A stretch of 32,000 nucleotides of DNA from Pyrodictium abyssi (GCF_036323395.1 NZ_AP028907.1:840001-872000); one strand, 5' to 3'. Numbered from the stretch's first letter, positions 10,351-19,922 are shown. Program-made: numbers and translations. Notes: a model not told the origin generated them from the sequence alone.

Positions 10351-12177
10351 ATGGCGCTGGCAACGACGACCCGTAGAGCCGGGGACAGGGAAGCGGAGAC
10401 TAAGACACTTGACGCGCCTGCAGCCTACGATGCTAGGACGAAGACGGTTACAGTGGCTGAGAAGCGTATACCAGTAGGTGGACCGGTACCGAAGCTACGT
10501 GACGGAGAAAAGTTCGTATCCTATACTACTAGCATTTGCCCGTATTGTACGAGGCTACTCCCGGCACTAATCTACGAGAAAGATGGGAGCATATACATAA
10601 GGAAGATTTGCCCAACACACGGGACAATAGAGGAGCTCTACTTCAGCGACGCAAAACAGTTCTACAGATTCATGAATCTTGAAGAAGAGGGCGTCGGGGT
10701 AACCCCTCACGTCAAGCTATCAGCACCATGCCCGTTCAATTGTGGACTATGCCCACGCCACAAGAATCATACAGCACTCGCCAACCTAGTTGTAACTAAC
10801 CGCTGCGACCTCTCATGCTGGTACTGCTTCTTCTATGCAGAAAAAATGGGATACGTCTATGAGCCAACGCTTGAGCAGATACGTGAGATGATACGCCAGT
10901 ACAAGAAGGAAGGAGTAACTATGTCCGTACAGATAACCGGCGGCGAACCAACACTACGACCCGACCTCATCGAGATAATAAAGCTGCTAAAAGACGAAGG
11001 CGTTACTCATATACAGCTAAACACCCATGGAATAACCTTTGCCAGACTATGGTTCGAGAAGGGCATTGACGCTGCTGTAAACTACGCCAGAGCACTCCGC
11101 GAAGCTGGGCTTAACACCGTGTACATGAGCTTCGACGGAGTAACCCCCAGAGCCAATCCGAAGAACCACTGGGAGGTACCATACACGCTTGAAGTATTTA
11201 GGAAGGCTGGTATTACAAGCGTTGTACTAGTACCGACAGTAATAAAGACCATTAATGACCAGGAACTAGGTGCTATAATAAAGTTCGCTGCCAAACACAT
11301 GGATGTCATACGCGGCGTAAACTTCCAGCCTGTCAGCCTCACCGGCCGCATGAGGAAGGATGAGCGGCGCCGCTACAGGGTAACCATACCCGACGTCCTA
11401 AAGTGGGTCGAGGAGCAGACAGACGGCCAGATACCGGCTGATTCCTGGTTCCCTATACCCGTCGCGGCAAAGGTAGCATACTTCCTCGAGGCTATGAGCG
11501 GCGAACTCAAGGTATGTATGGGCAATCATCCTGCATGCGGCTCAGCCACGTACGTGTTTGTCGAGAGAGGCAGCGATGGCCTACCTAAGCGCTTCATACC
11601 GATAACAGAGTTCTTCGACGTTGAGGGCTTCGTCGAGTACATCGAAGAGAAGACTGCCGAGCTCAGAAGGGAAGAGTTCACCTCTATAGCTAAGTTTAAG
11701 CGTGCACTACGCCTCGCATCAATAGTCAAAGACATCTCAAAGTTCGTTGACAGGGAGCGTATACCGAAGAACCTCAACATAACAAAGCTGCTAGTAAACG
11801 TGTTCGTTAAGAGGAGCTACGACGCGCTAGGAGAGCTTCACTATAGGATGCTCTTCCTAGGCAACATGCACTTCATGGACCAGTACAACTATGATGTCGA
11901 GCGCGTGATGCGTTGCAATATACATTATCTAGTACCCGATGGCAGGGTAATACCGTTCTGTACGTATAACGTCCTAAACGAGATCTATAGAGACTATGTA
12001 CTGCGCAAGTACCAGATACCGCTAGACGAGTATGCTAAGATACATGGCGAGGACGCCATAGGTCCTGCCGTAAAGTATGTACGTAATATAAAGCTGCTAA
12101 AGAGCTCGCCAATATACTATGAAGCGTATCGCGGCATTGTACCAGACGAGATACTTTACGGCAAGAGGTCTAACTAA
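10351..12177 (+). CDS. tes: probable tetraether lipid synthase (Tes/MJ0619-like radical SAM)
   Basis: ICPYC...CPTHG, CPFNCGLCPRHKNHTALANLVVTNRCDLSCWYC, ITGGEPTLRPDL; domain and cysteine arrangement of the MJ0619/Tes family. Confidence 0.8.
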   Translation: MALATTTRRAGDREAETKTLDAPAAYDARTKTVTVAEKRIPVGGPVPKLRDGEKFVSYTTSICPYCTRLLPALIYEKDGSIYIRKICPTHGTIEELYFSDAKQFYRFMNLEEEGVGVTPHVKLSAPCPFNCGLCPRHKNHTALANLVVTNRCDLSCWYCFFYAEKMGYVYEPTLEQIREMIRQYKKEGVTMSVQITGGEPTLRPDLIEIIKLLKDEGVTHIQLNTHGITFARLWFEKGIDAAVNYARALREAGLNTVYMSFDGVTPRANPKNHWEVPYTLEVFRKAGITSVVLVPTVIKTINDQELGAIIKFAAKHMDVIRGVNFQPVSLTGRMRKDERRRYRVTIPDVLKWVEEQTDGQIPADSWFPIPVAAKVAYFLEAMSGELKVCMGNHPACGSATYVFVERGSDGLPKRFIPITEFFDVEGFVEYIEEKTAELRREEFTSIAKFKRALRLASIVKDISKFVDRERIPKNLNITKLLVNVFVKRSYDALGELHYRMLFLGNMHFMDQYNYDVERVMRCNIHYLVPDGRVIPFCTYNVLNEIYRDYVLRKYQIPLDEYAKIHGEDAIGPAVKYVRNIKLLKSSPIYYEAYRGIVPDEILYGKRSN

Positions 12178-12206
12178 CACTATATTTTTGGGTAACTAGG
12201 TATAGT

Positions 12207-12953
12207 TTATTGGAGGCTGAATAGTTTTTCTAGATTGTGCATAACTTGGCGCTGTACAAGGTGCTGGTCAACATTCTTTATAGATGCTATGATTTTCACA
12301 ACTTCTTTTACCATTAGCGGGTTTAGCTTCATTCCACGATACTCGTAGGGTCCATCACTTTCTGTTAACATTATAGTAATAGGTGCATTCTCAACAACTG
12401 CTCTATGCTTGCGCTGTATCTTTACAGCTGGATTTATTGATATCATGTATCCTGATGCTTCTATATCTTTCAGCAGGTAGAGTGGCCCAGTATACCAGTG
12501 GAACATAGCCCGTTCTATGTCGTATCGAACTAGTAGCTGGTATACCTCCTCCCATGTGCCAGCTGTGTGTAGGTTAAGCACTAGTTTGTTATCTCTTGCA
12601 GCTTCAAGAAACAGTTTGAATATCTCACGCTGAAGTTCTATGGTTTCTGCCACGAATTTTGTGTCAAGGCCTACCTCGCCTATACACCTAATATTGTTCT
12701 CAAGCGCTAGCTCGATAATCTTCTTGGCAGTGCTTAGACTTTCCTCCCGGCTCTTTACGTGCCATGGGTGAAGGCCGACGCATGGTACTATGTTTCTCCT
12801 AGTCTTTGCTATCTCTGTGACCCTGCTGCTTGTCTCAAGGTCGTCTCCAACTGCTACAATAACTATGCTATGCGATGCTAGCGTGTTTATCTCTTCAATA
12901 CTATACTCGTGGAGGTGGCAGTGAGCGTCCACGAAGTAGTCGTTGCCCGGCAT
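12207..12953 (-). CDS. TatD-family metal-dependent hydrolase/DNase-like protein
   Basis: VDAHCHLHEY, IGEVGLD, LHTAG, TESDGP motifs. Confidence 0.88.
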   Translation of the reverse strand: MPGNDYFVDAHCHLHEYSIEEINTLASHSIVIVAVGDDLETSSRVTEIAKTRRNIVPCVGLHPWHVKSREESLSTAKKIIELALENNIRCIGEVGLDTKFVAETIELQREIFKLFLEAARDNKLVLNLHTAGTWEEVYQLLVRYDIERAMFHWYTGPLYLLKDIEASGYMISINPAVKIQRKHRAVVENAPITIMLTESDGPYEYRGMKLNPLMVKEVVKIIASIKNVDQHLVQRQVMHNLEKLFSLQ

Positions 12954-12980
12954 ACTATCCCCCGCTCACTAGCTGTTATC

Positions 12981-12998
12981 CTTGCATTTAAATGCAAG
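12981..12998. promoter_or_regulatory. 18-bp perfect palindrome CTTGCATTTAAATGCAAG over a TATA-like element
   Basis: Self-complementary over its full length; centre about 36 bp upstream of the TatD-like gene start. Confidence 0.45.
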
Positions 12999-13065
12999 AA
13001 CCTGGCTCAGATCCTTGTACTCCATGCCAGGGCTAATATAGGGGCTGCGATGGTGCACTGCTGTT

Positions 13066-13132
13066 GGGGCCGTGACGATCATCCCGAACCCAGAGGCTCT
13101 GCCGATGACCATGTGGCGGCTGGCTGAGCCCC
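13066..13132 (+). ncRNA. probable C/D box sRNA
   Basis: GGGGC / GCCCC terminal pairing; C-like GTGACGA (13072); C'-like CCGATGA; D box CTGA (13124-13127). Nine nt before D (GGCGGCTGG) complement CCAGCCGCC of the 16S 518-530 loop. Confidence 0.5.
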
Positions 13133-13199
13133 TCAGCCCGTAAAAGACTCATCACGCGACGGCTGTCAGCTTAGGCGGCCTTACGCATCACCGGGCTAG

Positions 13200-13895
13200 C
13201 TAAAGCTCCATAACTACTATGTCGCCGCGAGCAGGGAACGCCACGTTGACTATACGTGTCCCGTTAATCATCGCCTCTAGCCGTTTCGATCTATGGACAT
13301 GACCGTGAACAGCTATGTCCGGCTTAGTATCTAAGAGTATCTTTTCCATTGTTTTGCTCCCAAGCTCTGGCCATATCTTCGGGTTCTCGCCTTCAAGCGT
13401 AAGGTATGATGGAGCGTAGTGTGTTACGAGAACCACTACGTCGGCTTTTTCGCGTAGCTGCTTAAGCATAGCTGCAGTCTTTTCCGCCCTACGTTTGTAT
13501 ACAGCATCTATCCCTGGTATGTTCCTGCGCTGCCATCTTGTAGGCCTATCAAGCACACCTCTGCTCCCATATATCGCTATTGATTTGACTTTCCCGTCCA
13601 CCACTATATAGCTGTCATTCAGCCAGACCACGTGGGGATAACGCTTAATGAAGTATGTTTCACGGTCCATGTACTCCTCGTTGCCGAATACTGACACTAT
13701 ACGTGCCGAGGGACACTTTTTACGCGTAGCCTCTACTACGGGGAGTAGAGCCTCAACTCGTCCACGCTCAACCATATCCCCTGCCCACAGAACCACGCCA
13801 GCCTCACGACACAACTCCGAATGCTTGCTAAGCGCTGCAACATACTGGAATAAGTAGCGTGGACTATGCACATCACTTGTAGCTACTACAATCAA
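13200..13895 (-). CDS. calcineurin-like metallophosphoesterase
   Basis: TSDVHSPR, WAGDMVERG, FGNEEYM, THYAPSY, HGHVHRS motifs. Confidence 0.9.
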   Translation of the reverse strand: MIVVATSDVHSPRYLFQYVAALSKHSELCREAGVVLWAGDMVERGRVEALLPVVEATRKKCPSARIVSVFGNEEYMDRETYFIKRYPHVVWLNDSYIVVDGKVKSIAIYGSRGVLDRPTRWQRRNIPGIDAVYKRRAEKTAAMLKQLREKADVVVLVTHYAPSYLTLEGENPKIWPELGSKTMEKILLDTKPDIAVHGHVHRSKRLEAMINGTRIVNVAFPARGDIVVMEL

Positions 13896-14085
13896 TTCGT
13901 GCAGCCCTCCAAGCAGCTACACAGAAGGCGACAATTGCCCGTTTCAGCGTAAGAGAGGAGGCGCGGTGAATACGTCCCGGCCCTGTTCATCCTAGTAGCC
14001 CCCGCACGGAGCTGTCACAGGGCCACGTTACTCAATGTGTAAGGGCAGACTTTATAAAAGCATTAAGCAAGGCGCGTGCCAGCGG

Positions 14086-14139
14086 AGGGTCAGTAGCGTT
14101 CCGGCACTCATCATCTAGGGTCTTGTGATCAGCGACCCT
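14086..14139 (-). ncRNA. possible C/D box sRNA (weak)
   Basis: Minus strand: AGGGTC...GACCCT terminal pairing, ATGATGA box, 14-nt spacer, CTGA. 5' C box is poor (CTGATCA) and D' is not clear. Confidence 0.25.
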
Positions 14140-14362
14140 CTTACACATCACACCCACTATACCTCTGGCCATTTGTGCAAGCTGTTAAGCCTGGCCCAGA
14201 GCCCGCCTAGGCTGGCTAGACTTCATAAAGGAGTGCCCCGGTACTCTTTTTGCCAACATAGCTGGAGGATGAGGAGCTGAGGTCCGAGCCTCCGCATAAA
14301 GGGCTATGAGGAGGCTGAGCTACGCTGAACCCACCCTCTAGCATGCTTCGGGGTTACCTGGA

Positions 14363-14974
14363 ATGACGTCGAAGCTTCTTACTGGGCTGGGACGCAGTTT
14401 CCGAGTCTACGTAAAGCCGCCGCTTCAGCGCATTTCTATAGGCCTTGGGCTTCTCGCCGCAAAAAATACGGGCAGTACAATATACGCCGCCAGTCCTATT
14501 CGGCAGATAGTGTCCCTTGCCATAGATTCTCTGGGCCTAGAGATAGACGTTAGGAGCTGCGACGACGCAGAAGCAGAGGGTGTGTTTCTATGGTGCACTC
14601 CTAGCAGTAGACCTCTCTTTGTCGCTGGTCCGGAGATACGCCGTCCCTCCAAGTATGGCTTAGAGCGTATGACTGTCAAGCGCGTCCACGACGACGTCTA
14701 CATGCTCGCCATCCCGCGGATCGGGCTGCGCGAATACGTTACACTTAACAACTACCTGCCCGTGCCAGCTGAGCCGCCTTGCAGAAAGGACGTCATGGAG
14801 GCTATCGCTGTTATTGCAGAAGAGAGCCCGGTTAATCTAAGAGATGTAGTCGATATTGTGGCTTCCACATTGGGCGTGAAGCGCGGGGAAGCCAGGAGAC
14901 TTGTGCTTAAGCTTGTAGATAGAGGCTGCCTCGAGGTAAACGCCGACGGCATGGTAAAAATAGCAGAGTATTAG
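14363..14974 (+). CDS. hypothetical protein with probable C-terminal winged-helix-like region
   Basis: Long ORF; VNLRDVVDIVASTLGVKRGEARRLVLKLVDRGCLEV resembles an HTH. Confidence 0.65.
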   Translation: MTSKLLTGLGRSFRVYVKPPLQRISIGLGLLAAKNTGSTIYAASPIRQIVSLAIDSLGLEIDVRSCDDAEAEGVFLWCTPSSRPLFVAGPEIRRPSKYGLERMTVKRVHDDVYMLAIPRIGLREYVTLNNYLPVPAEPPCRKDVMEAIAVIAEESPVNLRDVVDIVASTLGVKRGEARRLVLKLVDRGCLEVNADGMVKIAEY

Positions 14975-15065
14975 GGGCTGGTCTTCAGCCCCTACTCTCC
15001 ACCCTACCGGCTAAGACAGCCAGTGGCCCGAACGGCCTTCTGAAAAGCACGACGCCCTGTGAATT

Positions 15066-18044
15066 CTACGCTATCAGTATTGCTGGTCTTAGAGGTATGA
15101 CCTGCCTGAGTTTTTGCTGCGGAATCTTGTCGCCTGCCTCGTCAACGTAGTATACCTCCACCTTCTGTATACCAGTCTTTCTGGATATGTAGTCCTTCAG
15201 CTTTGCTACTGCTTCTTTCTCGTCGAACTCCTGCACACTCTCTATAAGCGCCAGCATTGCCTCATCGACGCTGCGTAGGAACTCGTATAGCTTGCGGACA
15301 ATCTGCGCTGCTTCCTTGCCGGGGACGCCGGAGTTAATCACAGCTCTTATAGCGTCGCGTAGCTGTCCGCCTCTCGACACGTACGATGCAACTATCCTTG
15401 CTATCTGCCAGCTATCTGGCTTGGCAACAGCCACTACTAGGCTCTTCGCCTCGCCCTTGTATACACGTAGTATTGATTTCACGTCATCAACTAGCCTATC
15501 TACATAGCTTACAAGTAGCTCTACCTGTGCATCCCGCTTCTTGGGGTCTATAGTCGGCCAAGTCTCTACTGATATGAAGCTATCTTTGCCTAGTACCTCG
15601 TGCCATACTTCTTCAGCTATATGTGGCGCTATGGGCGCGAGCATCTTAGCCCAGTTTTCTACGTATTCTCTTAGCGCTGGACCGGGCTTTCCATTACGGA
15701 GCTCTAAGTACTTTGCAACATCACCACTCATCTCGTATAGCACGGTTATGGTTGCTGCTCTTGTCCGCAGCCGGTCAAGAGCCTTCGTCACCGCGTCGAC
15801 TCGCTGCTGCAGTACACTTAGCAGCCACCTGTCGGCTATGGTCTCTCCACTCTCTGCCTCCACAGCTAGTTTCGCATAGTTCTCGAATCTGCGCAGACGG
15901 TCCATTACACTCTTCGCTAGTTCCTCGGAGAAGTTTGCATCCTGGAGGATCTCGGCTGCTGCTAGTAGTGTCGCTCTGACAGTGTCTACGCCGTACACCC
16001 TCAGCGCCCTGCGAAGCGGTATTATGTTTCGTAGGCTCTTGCTCATCTTCTTTCCTTCCAGTAGCACGAAGCCGTTTACAACTATCTGTCTAGGCCATTT
16101 CTCTCTAGGGAATATCGCAGCGTGGTTGAACAGGAAGAAGGTTAGATGGTTTGGTACTAGGTCTCGGCCGCTGTGCCGCGAGTCTAGAGGATACCAGTAG
16201 TCGAAGTCGCGGCGCAGCTCCTTTATTATCTCCTCCTTTATCCCGGTTTTCTCGGCAACGTCCTTAGCCTTGCCTTTTCCTAGCAGAACGTAGTCCCAGA
16301 ACTCTACTGTTAGCTGCTCTGGCTTTAGACCGTATTTTCTTATCTTGTGGACTACGGTGTAGAACGCCATGTATATTGTAGAGTCGCTTAGGCTCTCTAT
16401 TATCCATCCCTTAGCCCAGGGTAGCTCTGTACCCAGTCCCCTCGTACGCGCCGCAGCTCTCTCATGCAGCCAGTCCACAGTCTTTAGGAATTCTTCCCTG
16501 ATTTCGTCGGGTACTATCCTCATGTTGTCTAGTAGCTCATATACGAGCTTCTTCCACTCGGGGTTCCCATAGTCTATGAACCACTGGTCCCTTAGTACCT
16601 TGACTACTATCTCTGTTCCGCATCTACAGTATACAGGCCTATTGAGTATCTCGTACATCCGGTCCTCATAACCTAGTGCAGACAGCCACTTAGTAGTGGC
16701 TTCTCTGGCCTCGGACACACTCTTGCCGACTATCCATGCTTTGACAGGGGCTACTGCAAAGCTACGGTAGGGTTCCGGCATGTCCTTATACACATGCTCT
16801 ATTATGTCCTCTCTAACGATTCCGTTATGGTATTCATCGCTGTAGAGTTTCTTCGTCGCTTCGTCAAGCAGATCCTTCTCCTTCTGGCTCTTTATCCCCA
16901 TTCTCTCCACTATGTCTTTTGCCGGGATTTCTCCATAGCCCTTGACTCTTATGAGCGGTATTGGAGCTAGCTCTTCGGGGTCTATACCTAGCTTGCGGAG
17001 TAGATCTGGCTTCTCTCGTTTTAGCTCTTCTAGGGCCACGTAATCGTACGGCGCATGCGCAGGCACGCTCATTACTACTCCGCTTGCAGTTTCTGGGTCG
17101 ACAAACTCCGCCGGGAGTACAGGCACTAGCTTTCCTGTTGCCGGGTTCCTTGCACGCTTACCGAGCAGCTCCTCTCCTTTAATTGTCCGCTCTTCTACTA
17201 TGCTGTCGCGCTGGAACCTTAGCTTGAACGCGGCCCTCTTGCTGACGATGTAGCGCCTACCGTCTATGTTTACTATAACGTACTCCGCGTTAGGGTTTAC
17301 CCATATGTTTGTGACACCGAATACCGTCTCCGGCCTCAGAGTAGCCGCTGGAAGGTAGAGGTCCCTCTCCAACTCGAATAGTATTAGCGTGAATTCGCCT
17401 ATCTCGGGCTCCACGTCGCCCTTAGTATCGTGCATGCCTACAGGCATGTTGTGGTTAGGGCACCAGCCGACGGGATGCGTGCCCTTCTTCACTAGGCCTT
17501 TCTCCTTCAGCTTTGTGAACTGCCATATTATGAACCTCTTGAACTCTTCGTCTATTGTAGTGAACTCTCTCCGCCAGTCGATACTGTAGCCAGACTCTAT
17601 CATAGCATTTTTAGCGTCGTTGTGGAAATACCTTGCTAGGGATAGTGGATCCTTTAGCTTCTCTATGTCCTCCGGCGGTACGTCGTAGACGTTTATCATT
17701 AGATCTATTAGCTCGTGGTCACCCTTGGCTATCGATTCCGCCATTGCTAGTATCGGCGTGCCCGTGTAGTGGAACCCCATCGGGAATAGTACATTGTAGC
17801 CGCGCATTCTCATGTATCGCGCATAGACGTCGGTTATAGTGTATGTCCTACTGTGGCCCAGGTGCAGCGGACTGTTAGGATACGGGAATGCCGCTGTTAT
17901 GAAGAATTTCGGCTTGTTCTCGTCTGGTTCTGCCTCGAATATGCCTACCTTCATCCACTTTTCCTGCCATTTGCGCGCTATCTCGTATAGCTTGGCGGCA
18001 AACTCGTTTATAGGCTCCTTTCTGGACGCTATGTTCGAAGCAAT
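15066..18044 (-). CDS. leuS: leucyl-tRNA synthetase (archaeal type); ORF track starts at ATG 17954, but conserved sequence extends to a putative ATT start at 18044
   Basis: AAFPYPNSPLHLGHSRTYTITDVYARY, GKKMSKSLRN; extra N-terminal FAAKLYEIARKWQEKWMKVGIFEAE read upstream of ATG; in-frame TAA at 18062-18060. Confidence 0.9.
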   Translation of the reverse strand: MASNIASRKEPINEFAAKLYEIARKWQEKWMKVGIFEAEPDENKPKFFITAAFPYPNSPLHLGHSRTYTITDVYARYMRMRGYNVLFPMGFHYTGTPILAMAESIAKGDHELIDLMINVYDVPPEDIEKLKDPLSLARYFHNDAKNAMIESGYSIDWRREFTTIDEEFKRFIIWQFTKLKEKGLVKKGTHPVGWCPNHNMPVGMHDTKGDVEPEIGEFTLILFELERDLYLPAATLRPETVFGVTNIWVNPNAEYVIVNIDGRRYIVSKRAAFKLRFQRDSIVEERTIKGEELLGKRARNPATGKLVPVLPAEFVDPETASGVVMSVPAHAPYDYVALEELKREKPDLLRKLGIDPEELAPIPLIRVKGYGEIPAKDIVERMGIKSQKEKDLLDEATKKLYSDEYHNGIVREDIIEHVYKDMPEPYRSFAVAPVKAWIVGKSVSEAREATTKWLSALGYEDRMYEILNRPVYCRCGTEIVVKVLRDQWFIDYGNPEWKKLVYELLDNMRIVPDEIREEFLKTVDWLHERAAARTRGLGTELPWAKGWIIESLSDSTIYMAFYTVVHKIRKYGLKPEQLTVEFWDYVLLGKGKAKDVAEKTGIKEEIIKELRRDFDYWYPLDSRHSGRDLVPNHLTFFLFNHAAIFPREKWPRQIVVNGFVLLEGKKMSKSLRNIIPLRRALRVYGVDTVRATLLAAAEILQDANFSEELAKSVMDRLRRFENYAKLAVEAESGETIADRWLLSVLQQRVDAVTKALDRLRTRAATITVLYEMSGDVAKYLELRNGKPGPALREYVENWAKMLAPIAPHIAEEVWHEVLGKDSFISVETWPTIDPKKRDAQVELLVSYVDRLVDDVKSILRVYKGEAKSLVVAVAKPDSWQIARIVASYVSRGGQLRDAIRAVINSGVPGKEAAQIVRKLYEFLRSVDEAMLALIESVQEFDEKEAVAKLKDYISRKTGIQKVEVYYVDEAGDKIPQQKLRQVIPLRPAILIA

Positions 18045-18254
18045 AGCTGACCACCCTCCTTAGCCGCCTATGAGGTTATACGGCGAGGGCCGTGAGCACT
18101 ACCCGATAGCAACCGTGCTGCAACCATTACTCTCTTGGGTAAAATAAGGGTTAACTCGAACTATCCACTATGCGCAGAGAGGCATATATCATGATAGAAG
18201 TAATTAGGAGGCTACGCTTCAGAGCCGCCACGGACGCGTAATAGACGGGGGAGG

Positions 18255-18869
18255 ATGGGGAACCTCTTGGAGTACGTACAGAAGACTATGAAGGAGATAG
18301 TGATATTCATCGACAAGGTCATCGAGAGGCTAAAGCCCGAACAGATTAAACAGATGCTTGACACACTTGAACGCGTCTACCGCGACGGCCATAAGGTTCT
18401 AGTAATGGGCGCAGGACGCAGCGGCCTAGTAGGCCGAGCCTTCGCCATGAGGCTTATGCACCTAGGCTTCAACGTATACGTGCTGGGCGAGACAATAACC
18501 CCCAGCATAGGGAAGGATGACGTTGTTGTCGCGATATCCGGCTCCGGCCGGACAAAGCTCATCGTAACCGCGGCTGAGGCTGCAAAGAAGGTCAACGCCA
18601 CTGTCATAGCTATAACTAGCTATCCGGACAGCCCCCTAGGCCAGCTAGCAGATATAGTAGTGGAGATACCCGGCAGAACAAAAATGGCACCCGACATAGA
18701 CTACTTCGCACGTCAGATACTAGGTATACACGAGCCCCTAGCGCCGCTCGGCACACTCTTCGAGGACACAGCACTTGTGTTCCTAGACGGTGTCGTAGTA
18801 GAGCTGATGCACCGTCTAGGCAAGAGTGAGGCAGACCTACGGGCTAAACACGCAAACATAGAGCTATAG
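18255..18869 (+). CDS. hxlB: 6-phospho-3-hexuloisomerase (SIS domain)
   Basis: [50 protein letters not shown] motifs. Confidence 0.88.
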   Translation: MGNLLEYVQKTMKEIVIFIDKVIERLKPEQIKQMLDTLERVYRDGHKVLVMGAGRSGLVGRAFAMRLMHLGFNVYVLGETITPSIGKDDVVVAISGSGRTKLIVTAAEAAKKVNATVIAITSYPDSPLGQLADIVVEIPGRTKMAPDIDYFARQILGIHEPLAPLGTLFEDTALVFLDGVVVELMHRLGKSEADLRAKHANIEL

Positions 18870-18956
18870 AGACCACGTTTCGACAGCCTGCCGTCATCAG
18901 CACCCTTTGCCGCTATAGGGAGGCACACGCGCTAAGGATAACAGAAAGGGGTAGTA

Positions 18957-19922
18957 ATGAGGAGCAGCAAGCCCGGCAAGAAGCCACAGCCAAGTATACC
19001 CCGCGGAACACTCATAGGTGTCTTTGACCCGTGGCGGAGCAGCCTATGCACATGCCCGCTGAAGTATTCTCTTAACCCGTATACCGGGTGTAGCCATTTC
19101 TGCCTCTACTGCTACGCAACCTCGTACATAGGCCTTAGGAAGAGCACACCCAAGAAAGACTATAGGGAAAGACTCCTACGCGACATAAACAAGATCGATC
19201 CCCGCTACCATATAGACATCTCTACGAGTAGTGACCCGTATCCCCCGGAGGAGGAGCAACACCGTATCACCCGCTGGACGCTCGAGCAGCTACTACCTCG
19301 CGGCTTCCGTGTACTCATAGTCACGAAGGGCGCACTCGTAGCACGCGACGCTGACATACTGTCGAAAGGAAACGCTGCAGTAACCATGACTATAACCACT
19401 ATGGATAGAACACTAGCCGCCAAACTAGAGCCGGGCGCCCCATCGCCCAGGGACCGCGTGAAAGCCCTGGAGAAGCTTAACGAGGCAGGAGTCCCCATAG
19501 GGCTAAGGCTAGATCCCGTGTTTCCCATGTTAACTGACGACGAGCACTCCATTAGGGAGGTCCTGGAGGCGGCTGCAGCCGCAGGAGTTAGGTTCGTTGT
19601 AACATCTGTCTATAAGGCTAGACCCGACAACCTCCGCAGGGTCCTCTCAGCGTTCCCGGAGCTAGAAGAGGAGTACAACAAGATCTACCGCGCAAGAGGC
19701 GAGAGGATTAGCGGCTACTGGTATCCAGAGCTAGGTCTTCGAATCAGAATACTTGAGAAGGTACGGGCTATAGCTCTCCGGCTCGGGCTGGAGTTTGCCA
19801 CATGCCGGGAGGGGCTACAGCATCTAAATACTGCGCCTAGCTGTGATGGCTCACACCTCATACCTACAAGGATCGCGCAGAAAGGCTACCAGAGACAGCT
19901 TGATGCGTGGCTACGCTCGTAG
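18957..19922 (+). CDS. SplB-like radical SAM protein
   Basis: NPYTGCSHFCLYCYA radical SAM motif; STSSDPYPPEE; SPRDRVKALEKLNEAGVP. Confidence 0.87.
   Translation: MRSSKPGKKPQPSIPRGTLIGVFDPWRSSLCTCPLKYSLNPYTGCSHFCLYCYATSYIGLRKSTPKKDYRERLLRDINKIDPRYHIDISTSSDPYPPEEEQHRITRWTLEQLLPRGFRVLIVTKGALVARDADILSKGNAAVTMTITTMDRTLAAKLEPGAPSPRDRVKALEKLNEAGVPIGLRLDPVFPMLTDDEHSIREVLEAAAAAGVRFVVTSVYKARPDNLRRVLSAFPELEEEYNKIYRARGERISGYWYPELGLRIRILEKVRAIALRLGLEFATCREGLQHLNTAPSCDGSHLIPTRIAQKGYQRQLDAWLRS

Noticed and set aside
12909-13127. 72-aa plus-strand ORF
   Set aside because: Antisense to the TatD N-terminus and runs through the palindrome and sRNA candidate; no recognisable domain.
15292-17839. Many plus-strand ORFs across leuS
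   Set aside because: All antisense to strongly conserved LeuRS coding sequence with Ser/Pro/Leu-rich translations typical of spurious frames.
18191-18241. 16-codon mini-[19 protein letters not shown] upstream of hxlB as a leader peptide
   Set aside because: It overlaps the expected promoter/TSS zone (TATATC at about 18185), so it is probably not fully transcribed; no attenuator-like structure.
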